Positions 17,239 to 24,819 of a stretch of 24,819 nucleotides of DNA are shown here, in pieces. The position numbers and the translations under genes were made by a program. The stretch is from Fusobacteriota bacterium. GTDB taxonomy: Bacteria > Fusobacteriota > Fusobacteriia > Fusobacteriales > JBNJFI01. How positions within the stretch are numbered: the stretch's first letter is position 1; the number at the start of each line of letters is the position of its first letter. The notes beneath the pieces were generated by a model that had not been told where the DNA came from, ran no database searches, and saw only the letters and a program-made list of their open reading frames with translations. The stretch spans positions 2,237-27,055 of the forward strand of contig JBNJFI010000022.1 in the NCBI GenBank assembly GCA_051746725.1. The letters are read 5' to 3'.

Positions 17239-18901
17239 TATTTCCCTCCCTTAATAATTCCCGCGCATGTTCTTTTACAGTATTTGAAATATTTTCTCCA
17301 CCTAACATCCTTGAAATTTCGATAATTTTTTGATTATGCTCTAGTTCTTTTACTTTTGTTTCAGTTTTTCCTGAAATTGTTGTTTTTTCTATATAGAAGT
17401 GTTGGGTAGCTTTTGAAGCTATTTGTGGAGAGTGAGTTATACATAAAACTTGTACACCTTCAGAAATATTTTTCAATTTATCTGCTACTTTCTTAACTGT
17501 TTCTCCACCAACACCTGTATCTATTTCATCAAAAATTAATATTGGAATTTTATCTACCTTAGAAAAGATTGCCTTTAATGCAAGCATTATTCTAGAAACT
17601 TCTCCTCCAGAAGCTATTTTAGCCAAAGGCTTTAATTCTTCCCCTATATTTGTAGCTATTTTAAACTCTAAAAGATCCCTTCCTAAATGATGTAAATCAT
17701 CACGGACTAAAAATTCAGTTTTAAAATTAATCCCTTTCATTTTTAAGTCTTCTAAAGCTTCAACTAATTTCTTTTCTATATCAGAGGCAATCTCTTTTCT
17801 TTTTTGAGATAATTTTTCTGCCTCTTTCTCATATTCTTGTTTAAACTTCTCTTTTCTTTTTTGCAATTTTTTCTCTTCAAATTCCATGGATTCCAACCGA
17901 TTTAACTTAGATTTTATCTTTTCATAATAGTCTAATATTTCTTCAATTGTTACTCCATATTTTTTTTTAGCCTTTTTTATTTCGTCTAATCTTTTTACCA
18001 CTTCTGTAAGTCTTCCATCATCTACTTCAACTTCCATTAATTCTTCTTCTATTTCAAAGGCAACTTCTTCTATTTGATAGTATCCTCCCTCTAATTTTTC
18101 GATTATTTTTTCATAATTTTCATTATAAGAAGAAATACTTTCTATTTTTTCTTTTACCTCTGATAATAATTCCAATACACTATATTCATTTTCTTGCAAA
18201 AAAGCGTTGGAATCTCCGAGTTTTTCTCTAATCTTTCCTGCATTAAAAAGTTTTTTATATTCTTTTTCTAACTCGTCATCTTCTCCTATTTTTAGATCTA
18301 ATTTTTCCAATTCTTTTATTTGATATCTAAAAAATTCTTTTTTCTCAGTTGCAGATTTTTTAGATTCATATAAATCTTCAATTTCTTTTTCAACTTTTGA
18401 AAATTGAGTCTTTATTTGGCCCACTTTTTCTCTATATTTCTGTCCTTTTTCACCTAAGTAGCTATCAATAAGTTTTATGTGATTTTCCTTTTTTAATAAA
18501 GTTTGATGTGAATGCTGACCTACTAAATCTACCACGTGATTCATTATTTCCTTTAATTTATACATGGGAAATCTACTTCCATTTAGATATATTCTACTTC
18601 TACCGCTTTTAGGTATTTCTCTTCTGATTATAAGTTCATTTCCTTCTAAATCAATATCCTGATTTAATATCTCTTGTTTGGTATAATCTGATATTTCAAA
18701 AACACCTTCAGCTACTAATTTATCTTCGCCAGTTCTTATTAATTCATCTGAAACTGTCTCTCCTATTAGAAGATTTATTCCATCTAGTATTATAGATTTT
18801 CCTGCTCCAGTTTCACCTGTCAAAGCTATAAGACCATCTTTAATTTCTAAATCAAGAGTCTTGATTATTGCCAAATTCTCAATCCTCAATTCTTTTAACA
18901 T
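17228..18901 (-). CDS. recN: DNA repair protein RecN
   Basis: LTGETGAGKSI, GQH, long coiled coil, ASGGEVSRIMLALK, LIFDEIDTGVGG, ITHSPQIAS; 557 aa. Confidence 0.97.
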   Translation of the reverse strand: MLKELRIENLAIIKTLDLEIKDGLIALTGETGAGKSIILDGINLLIGETVSDELIRTGEDKLVAEGVFEISDYTKQEILNQDIDLEGNELIIRREIPKSGRSRIYLNGSRFPMYKLKEIMNHVVDLVGQHSHQTLLKKENHIKLIDSYLGEKGQKYREKVGQIKTQFSKVEKEIEDLYESKKSATEKKEFFRYQIKELEKLDLKIGEDDELEKEYKKLFNAGKIREKLGDSNAFLQENEYSVLELLSEVKEKIESISSYNENYEKIIEKLEGGYYQIEEVAFEIEEELMEVEVDDGRLTEVVKRLDEIKKAKKKYGVTIEEILDYYEKIKSKLNRLESMEFEEKKLQKRKEKFKQEYEKEAEKLSQKRKEIASDIEKKLVEALEDLKMKGINFKTEFLVRDDLHHLGRDLLEFKIATNIGEELKPLAKIASGGEVSRIMLALKAIFSKVDKIPILIFDEIDTGVGGETVKKVADKLKNISEGVQVLCITHSPQIASKATQHFYIEKTTISGKTETKVKELEHNQKIIEISRMLGGENISNTVKEHARELLREGNNGL

Positions 18902-19694
18902 TTTCTATCCCCCAATTTAATTTTTCTCTTAAAACAGAATAATAATTTCTATTTTTTGGTTTTACTAATAAAATCTTTTTTGACGATAAAGTTATTTTTA
19001 ATATTTCTCCTTTTTCAATGGGAAAACTCTCTTGACCATCTAATATAATATGTGCATCATCATGTCTTTCTGATATCTCAGCAAATAAATTTTCATTTCC
19101 ATTTATTACAATAGGCCTATTTGAAAGTGTATGTGGTGAAATTGGGGTTATTATCATAATATCTAAATCAGGAGTCACAATTGGTCCCCCTGCTGACATG
19201 GAATAAGCAGTTGATCCTGTAGGAGTGGCAATAATTAACCCATCTGCCCTATAAGTATTTATAGGTACTTCCCCTGCATTAATACTTACTTTAATCATTC
19301 TTGATAGAGTTCCGGATTTTGCTATTACAACTTCATTTAGAACATAATAAGTTTTACTTTTAAATCTTAATTTTAGAAAATACCTTTCCATTAGATCATA
19401 ATTTTCTTCTATCACAGAATCTATCGTATCAAAGGCCTCTTCTTTTTTTATTTCAGTTAAAAAACCCAAAGTTCCCATGTTTACAGCCACAACTGGTACT
19501 TCCATATCTATAATTTTTTTACTTCCTTTTATTAAAGTTCCGTCTCCTCCTATAGAAACTATGAAATCTATCTTATTTTCATGAAAATTTTCAACAACTA
19601 TTTCATGTTTTTCTTGATATCTTTCTTTTATCAATAGAAAAAAATTTCGATTACTTTTTTTATTTTTATTATATACAAAACCAATTCTTGCCAT
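18879..19694 (-). CDS. nadK: NAD(+) kinase
   Basis: GGDGT, NMGTLGFLT, LNE, DGLIIATPTGSTAYSMSAGGP. Start placed at ATG 19694 (MARIGF) with AGGGG RBS instead of 19736. Confidence 0.95.
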   Translation of the reverse strand: MARIGFVYNKNKKSNRNFFLLIKERYQEKHEIVVENFHENKIDFIVSIGGDGTLIKGSKKIIDMEVPVVAVNMGTLGFLTEIKKEEAFDTIDSVIEENYDLMERYFLKLRFKSKTYYVLNEVVIAKSGTLSRMIKVSINAGEVPINTYRADGLIIATPTGSTAYSMSAGGPIVTPDLDIMIITPISPHTLSNRPIVINGNENLFAEISERHDDAHIILDGQESFPIEKGEILKITLSSKKILLVKPKNRNYYSVLREKLNWGIENVKRIED

Positions 19695-20194
19695 ATTGAC
19701 ACCCCTAATAATGATAATAATATAAGAATAATCCATTTTAATATACTGTTTTTTCTTTGTAATTTACTTATCTTATTGTTCTTAAACTCTATTTTTTTTA
19801 TCTCATTATTTTCCATATCCACTAAAAGTATCCCAGATATTGAGCTAGAGAAATAGTATTCCAATAATTGTCTTCTCGTACTTATATTCTTAGCTTTAAT
19901 AACTTTTTTGCCAGTTTTTATTTCAGTGATATATTTTTTCAAACCTTTTTTGACAATATAATCTGGTCTTATCTTTATCTTTTTCGGAATACCATTTGAT
20001 AAAAGAGTATACGTTAGTTCTCCTTGGTAATTTAACACTTTATAACCTTGGGATTGCAAAAAAGTTTTTGCTTTTTGTTCGCCCTCAAGTGCATGTTCCT
20101 TTTTTTTTCTCCATAAATGGCGTTTATATAATTTTTGAATATATATAATACTCACCATTAATATTATTCCTAAAACAAAATAAAAGTATTCCAT
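19631..20194 (-). CDS. Membrane-anchored PD-(D/E)xK nuclease-fold protein of unknown function
   Basis: Hydrophobic N-terminal helix; GEQKA..FL..QGYKVL, RPDYIV and EIKTG, RRQLLEY; second hydrophobic helix near the C-terminus; GGAAGGA RBS. Confidence 0.65.
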   Translation of the reverse strand: MEYFYFVLGIILMVSIIYIQKLYKRHLWRKKKEHALEGEQKAKTFLQSQGYKVLNYQGELTYTLLSNGIPKKIKIRPDYIVKKGLKKYITEIKTGKKVIKAKNISTRRQLLEYYFSSSISGILLVDMENNEIKKIEFKNNKISKLQRKNSILKWIILILLSLLGVSIWQELVLYIIKIKKVIEIFFY

Positions 20195-20211
20195 ATATAT
20201 CCTTCCAATAT

Positions 20212-21348
20212 TTATCCTTCAAGCAAAATAAATGGATCTATAGGTTTTGAATTTAATCTTAATTCAAAATGTAAAACAGATTTTTGAAATTTCTTAGATA
20301 CTCCTAAAACTCCTATATTCTGATTCTTTTTTAATTCTTCTTCCAACGTAACATACGTTGATATCAAATTACCATACACTGTAACTAATCCATATCCATG
20401 ACTTACCATTATTACTTTGTTTAATCCAGGAAGTTCTCCAACATATATAACTTCACCATCTGCAACAGTTTTTATTCTAGATCCTAGTCTTCCTTCTATT
20501 TCTAAACCTGTGCTTTTTATTGTTTCATTATACCCCATATCCTGTTTTTCATTAAAACTAAGCAAAATCTTTCCATCTAAAGGGTAGTCTAAAGTACCGA
20601 GTTTTGCCCTTATATCTGACATATTATTCTGATCTTCTTTTTCTGTTCTTGCTTGTATTATTTGAGTAATTCGATTCTGAATATCCTCTTGTTTTTTGGC
20701 TAATTCATTAATCGAAGTTTTATAATATTTTTTTTTGTCATACAATTGATTTATTAATCTATTCTTTTCTCGTATGTTTTTACTCATAAGCCTTTTTTGA
20801 TTAGCTAGTTTATCATTTAGTTGTTTTACTTTTTTACTAGTATCTCTTATTGTTTCAGCTTCTCTTTTTATATTATTTCTAACTTCATATATTCTATTTA
20901 ACTCTTTTTTTTCATGTTCCATTATTTTTTTCAAATTCCTCTTTTTTCTAAGAATTTCAAATAATGAATCTCCGTCTAATCTATATTCAATTTCATTTTT
21001 TTTGTATTTTCTCCATTTTAATATTTTTTTCTTTAGTTCTTCTTTTCTATTTTCTATTTCATCAACTGCAAACTCCAGGTTCCCTTTAGCATAATCAATA
21101 TTTCTAGTAATTTCAACATACTTTTGACTTGTTTGTTGATATTCTCTTTGAATACGATTTAATTCTATTTCTATTTTATTTATTTTAGCTAAAGTTTCTT
21201 GTTCCTGTTTTTGAACTTCTGATACTCTTTTTCGGTTTTCTGTTATGGTATTTTCAACCTCTTTTAACTCTTTTCTCATTTCATCTATCTTGTCGGCAAA
21301 CAAAAAAGGTGATACTGCTATAAATAGATATATAATTTTTTTTCCCAT
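20212..21348 (-). CDS. envC: EnvC-like murein hydrolase activator (coiled coil + degenerate M23/LytM domain)
   Basis: Signal-peptide-like N-terminus, long coiled coil, LytM-like C-terminus with STGLEI, VYGNL, VLHFELR lacking most Zn ligands; follows ftsEX. Confidence 0.82.
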   Translation of the reverse strand: MGKKIIYLFIAVSPFLFADKIDEMRKELKEVENTITENRKRVSEVQKQEQETLAKINKIEIELNRIQREYQQTSQKYVEITRNIDYAKGNLEFAVDEIENRKEELKKKILKWRKYKKNEIEYRLDGDSLFEILRKKRNLKKIMEHEKKELNRIYEVRNNIKREAETIRDTSKKVKQLNDKLANQKRLMSKNIREKNRLINQLYDKKKYYKTSINELAKKQEDIQNRITQIIQARTEKEDQNNMSDIRAKLGTLDYPLDGKILLSFNEKQDMGYNETIKSTGLEIEGRLGSRIKTVADGEVIYVGELPGLNKVIMVSHGYGLVTVYGNLISTYVTLEEELKKNQNIGVLGVSKKFQKSVLHFELRLNSKPIDPFILLEG

Positions 21349-21351
21349 AAC

Positions 21352-22227
21352 TTAATCTCCATCAACATTTAAATATAATTTAATTGAAATATAACTAGCT
21401 AAAGCTGTAATTACAGACCCTATTAAGAAAACATAAATAAATAATTTTGGTATAACTTCAAAACTTGAAACTGTATTATAAAATGGTATAATTTTAATTG
21501 TTTTATTTCTCAAATATGTATATAATGGTATGAAAACCCCTATCGATATAAGTGTTGATAGTAATACTGCTGTTACTCCCTCTAAGATAAAGGGTAGTTT
21601 TATTTGAGATCTGCTAGCCCCTAAAAGATATTTTAGTTCTATTTCGGATCTTCTATAAGCTATAGTTGAATGAATCAACTTAAAGAGTAATACAAATGTA
21701 GCACTAGATATAATAAGTATTATAAAGTATATTATTCCCTTTACCTCATAAGTAAATCTAGATAATCTTTTTATAAATTCACTTTTGTCCTCAACCTCTT
21801 GAACTCCAACTTCTCCTCTAATATTATCAATTACAGAATCTATATTTTGTGTATTAATAATAACAACTATTTGATCTTGCAAGGGATTATCAATATTATT
21901 AAAATTCATATCTAAATCATTTGATAACTTTTCTAAAGCAATTTCCTTAGATATGTATTTTATGCTTTCTACTCCCTCATACTGTAAAAGATTTTTTTCC
22001 AAGTTTTCTATTCCTACTTGTGTTAAATTATCTTCTAAATATATTTCCACTTGCATATTATCTTTTATATACGAGTTTAGTTTATTTAAATTTAAAACCC
22101 CTGCTATTGAAAGATTTAAAATTATAAAAATTACAGATAAAGTTAATATGGTAGAGGCAAATCCGTATTTTTCATCTTTAATGTTTTGCATATTCTCTTT
22201 ACATACTTGCCTAATAAAATTAACCAT
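21352..22227 (-). CDS. ftsX: Cell division permease-like protein FtsX
   Basis: TM1, large extracytoplasmic loop (YISKE.AL, NPL), RRSEI....LLGAS...IKLPFILEG, three further TM helices. Confidence 0.9.
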   Translation of the reverse strand: MVNFIRQVCKENMQNIKDEKYGFASTILTLSVIFIILNLSIAGVLNLNKLNSYIKDNMQVEIYLEDNLTQVGIENLEKNLLQYEGVESIKYISKEIALEKLSNDLDMNFNNIDNPLQDQIVVIINTQNIDSVIDNIRGEVGVQEVEDKSEFIKRLSRFTYEVKGIIYFIILIISSATFVLLFKLIHSTIAYRRSEIELKYLLGASRSQIKLPFILEGVTAVLLSTLISIGVFIPLYTYLRNKTIKIIPFYNTVSSFEVIPKLFIYVFLIGSVITALASYISIKLYLNVDGD

Positions 22228-22864
22228 TTTCTATAACTCCTTCATTTATTTTAATTACTCTTTTAGGATATCTTTCGATTATATCTTTATCCCGGGTAGA
22301 AAAAATTATCGTAGTTTTTTCACCATTCATGCTGGATAAAAGCCTCATTATATGTTCTTTATTATTTCGATCAAATTTTTCTAAAATAGCATCACATATT
22401 AATAATTTTGGTTTAGTAATAACTGCTCTTGAAATTGCAACTTTTTGTTTTTCAGTTCCAGATAGATCACAAACTTTATAATCTTTTTTGTCTAATAAAT
22501 TCATATATTTCAACATGCTCAGCACTCTATCCTCTTTTCCTTTAAAATTAATTATATCTAAAGGAAATATTACATTTTGGAAAACTGTTCTTTTTTTTAG
22601 TAATTTTAAATCTTGAAATATTATTCCTATATCTTTTCTATGTTCATGAATTTTAATATCATCAAGGTTTTTTCCATGAAAAATTATTCGCCCTTTATCG
22701 TAATCTGTTCCCCTATATAGCAATTTTAAAAGTGTACTTTTCCCCGCTCCATGGGGACCATATATATATACAAATTCATCGTCAGCAATTGATAAATTTA
22801 TATTATTTAAAATATTTTTATCATATTTCTTATCTTTTTTGCACACATTAATAAATCTTATCAA
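22220..22864 (-). CDS. ftsE: FtsE-like ABC ATP-binding protein with degenerate catalytic motifs
   Basis: GPHGAGKSTLLKLLY, IGIIFQDLKLL..RTVFQNV, LSGTEKQKVAISRA; overlaps the ftsX start; TTG start with AGGGGG RBS. Confidence 0.85.
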   Translation of the reverse strand: MIRFINVCKKDKKYDKNILNNINLSIADDEFVYIYGPHGAGKSTLLKLLYRGTDYDKGRIIFHGKNLDDIKIHEHRKDIGIIFQDLKLLKKRTVFQNVIFPLDIINFKGKEDRVLSMLKYMNLLDKKDYKVCDLSGTEKQKVAISRAVITKPKLLICDAILEKFDRNNKEHIMRLLSSMNGEKTTIIFSTRDKDIIERYPKRVIKINEGVIENG

Positions 22865-22912
22865 TTCATCCCCCTCTTTTATTTTTTATAAATAAATCAT
22901 AAAATATTAACA

Positions 22913-22957
22913 GATTTGTGAAATTTTCATAGGAACCCCTATTAAACCTCACAAATC
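22913..22957 (-). terminator. Long imperfect hairpin after the transketolase genes (possible terminator or processing site)
   Basis: gatttgtga (22913-22921) pairs with tcacaaatc (22949-22957); inner atagg/cctat stem; intervening bases pair partly via G-U on the minus strand; poor U tract. Confidence 0.5.
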
Positions 22958-22972
22958 CTCATATTCTTATTT

Positions 22973-23899
22973 TTATAAATTATCTTTCACTTTTTTGACT
23001 ATATCTTTAGCTTTTAAATTAAATTCTTCTAAAAGTTGTTCCCCAGGTCCACTTTCTCCAAATCTATCTTTAACTCCTATTTTTAAAACTCTAGTTGGAT
23101 AATTTTCAGAAACTACCTCTGAAACAGCTCCACCTAATCCACCAATTATAGAATGCTCTTCAGCTGTTATTATCATTTTTGTTTCTTTAGCTGCTTTTAT
23201 TATCATCTCTTCATCTATAGGTTTTATAGTTGAAACATTTAGAACTCTTACAGATATACCATCTTTTTCTAAATCCTTAGCAGCTTCTACTGCTTCTGGA
23301 ACCATAAGTCCTGTGGCTGCAATTGTTACGTCAGTACCACTTGTAACTTCTTTTATTTTCCCTATTTCAAATTTATAATCTTCATCAAATAAAACTGGAG
23401 TAGCTAACCTACCAAGTCTTATATACATAGGACCTTCGTAATCTGCTGCAGCCAAAATTGCTTTCTTAGCTTCTGTTGCATCTGCAGGTGAAATCACTGT
23501 CATTCCTGGAATGGTTCTCATCAAAGCTATATCTTCTATAGATTGATGCGATCCTCCATCTTCTCCCACTGATATCCCTGCATGAGTGGGGCAAATCTTC
23601 ACATTTAAGTGAGGATATCCTATTGTATTTCTAATCTGTTCAAATGCTCTACCTGCTGCAAACATTGCGAAAGTAGATGCAAAAGGAATTTTACCTGATG
23701 TTGCTAATCCTGCTGCTGTTCCCATTAAATCTTGCTCCGATATTCCTATATCTATAAATCTTTCCTTATACTTTTCTCCAAACGCTTTTGTTCTAGTTGA
23801 TTTCGATAAATCTGCATCTAAAACTACTACATCTTTATTTTTTTCTCCTAATTCTAATAATGCTTCTCCATACGCATCTCTTGTCGATTTTTTTTCCAC
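22973..23899 (-). CDS. Transketolase, C-terminal subunit
   Basis: STRDAYGEAL, DADLSKST, GISEQ, RAFEQIRN, GEDGGSHQ, EEHSIIGGLG; GTG start. Confidence 0.95.
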   Translation of the reverse strand: MEKKSTRDAYGEALLELGEKNKDVVVLDADLSKSTRTKAFGEKYKERFIDIGISEQDLMGTAAGLATSGKIPFASTFAMFAAGRAFEQIRNTIGYPHLNVKICPTHAGISVGEDGGSHQSIEDIALMRTIPGMTVISPADATEAKKAILAAADYEGPMYIRLGRLATPVLFDEDYKFEIGKIKEVTSGTDVTIAATGLMVPEAVEAAKDLEKDGISVRVLNVSTIKPIDEEMIIKAAKETKMIITAEEHSIIGGLGGAVSEVVSENYPTRVLKIGVKDRFGESGPGEQLLEEFNLKAKDIVKKVKDNL

Positions 23900-23917
23900 G
23901 TTATCTCCTCCTATATC

Positions 23918-24730
23918 TTAGCTTAACTCTTTAATAGCTTGATCTGTTTCATCTTTTGATGGTGCTTTTCCATGGAATCCACATTCATTTTCCATAAAAG
24001 AAACTCCTTTTCCTTTAACTGTATTAGCCACAACTAAAGTCGGTTTCCCTTTAGTAGATTTACCTTTATCTAATGCCGCAAATATTTCATCAAAATTATG
24101 TCCATCTATTTCTAATACGTTCCATCCAAATGCATCAAATTTCTTACCTACTGGATAGACATCTTTTACATCACTTACTTTTCCATCAATTTGCAAATTA
24201 TTATAATCTACAAAAGCAATTAAATTATCTAATTTTTGGTGAACTGCTGTTAATGCAGCTTCCCAAACTTGTCCTTCTTGAAGTTCTCCATCTCCTAGTA
24301 AAACATGAACTCTGTTATCTCTATTATCTATTTTAGCTGCTAAAGCCATACCATTGGCGACAGATAACCCTTGCCCTAAAGATCCTGTGGAAATATCTAT
24401 CCCTGGAACTTTTTTCATATCAGGATGACCTTGTAAAATAGATCCAAATTTTCTTAAATTTTTAAGCTCTTTTTTGTCAAAAAAGCCTAAATCTGCTAAG
24501 ACTGCATATATAGCAGGAGCAGCATGTCCCTTTGATAACACAAATCTATCTCGGTCTAAATCTCTAGGGTTTTCAGGATCTACATTCATTTCATCATAAT
24601 ATAAAGCTATTAATATATCTATAGCTGATAAAGATCCTCCTGGATGCCCTGATTGGGGCAAACAGATCATTTTTACAATCTCTTGTCTCAGTTCCTTTGC
24701 TTTTTTGTCTAATTTCTTATTATCTCTCAT
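23918..24730 (-). CDS. Transketolase, N-terminal (TPP-binding) subunit
   Basis: [53 protein letters not shown]. Confidence 0.95.
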   Translation of the reverse strand: MRDNKKLDKKAKELRQEIVKMICLPQSGHPGGSLSAIDILIALYYDEMNVDPENPRDLDRDRFVLSKGHAAPAIYAVLADLGFFDKKELKNLRKFGSILQGHPDMKKVPGIDISTGSLGQGLSVANGMALAAKIDNRDNRVHVLLGDGELQEGQVWEAALTAVHQKLDNLIAFVDYNNLQIDGKVSDVKDVYPVGKKFDAFGWNVLEIDGHNFDEIFAALDKGKSTKGKPTLVVANTVKGKGVSFMENECGFHGKAPSKDETDQAIKELS

Positions 24731-24819
24731 ACTCTACTCTCCTTATAAATATATTTTGAAAATTTTTAAATCTAGTTTTATTCAGAATATTTTATCTCAC
24801 TTAATTTATTTCATTTAAT

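Noticed and set aside
20212..20600. Loss of M23 zinc ligands as a novelty
   Set aside because: A degenerate LytM domain is the expected state of EnvC-type activators.
9188..24336. Remaining plus-strand ORFs (9188, 13387, 14730, 15217, 15633, 21953, 24073)
   Set aside because: All overlap well-supported minus-strand genes and show no recognisable protein features.
22973..24730. Split transketolase as a pseudogene or frameshift
   Set aside because: Two-subunit transketolases are common in anaerobes; both halves have their own RBS and intact motifs.
1..24819. CRISPR array, tRNA/rRNA, IS elements or long tandem repeats
   Set aside because: Intergenic gaps are all under about 170 nt, and no such repeats, RNA folds or transposase motifs were seen by eye.

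Overview
Strongly AT-rich bacterial chromosomal segment with every gene on the minus strand and no rRNA, tRNA, CRISPR array or mobile element seen. In transcription order (right to left): split transketolase; ftsE-ftsX-envC, a membrane-anchored PD-(D/E)xK-fold ORF, nadK, recN, two tandem cheX, xerD and a TPR gene, then an intrinsic terminator; a new promoter driving era, nnr, a metallophosphoesterase, a ParB/Srx-fold + DUF4032-like protein, a Cof-type HAD hydrolase and dnaE; a promoter driving an accB-like gene and accC; and a promoter driving asp23-amaP-DUF2273-nusB, a multidomain REC/STAS/PP2C phosphatase and a gene cut by the window edge. The ftsX-envC-nadK-recN...era order and base composition suggest Fusobacteriota (inference only). 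Main leads: (i) an AccB homologue whose biotinyl-lysine aligns to Gly; (ii) a phosphoesterase + ParB/Srx-fold pair that may be an undescribed writer/eraser module; (iii) an FtsE lacking its catalytic Glu and His; (iv) a PP2C phosphatase fused to a pseudo-receiver and a STAS domain lacking the phospho-Ser; (v) a membrane-tethered nuclease-fold protein and an orphan CheX pair in a division/repair operon. All family calls are by motif recognition, not database search.
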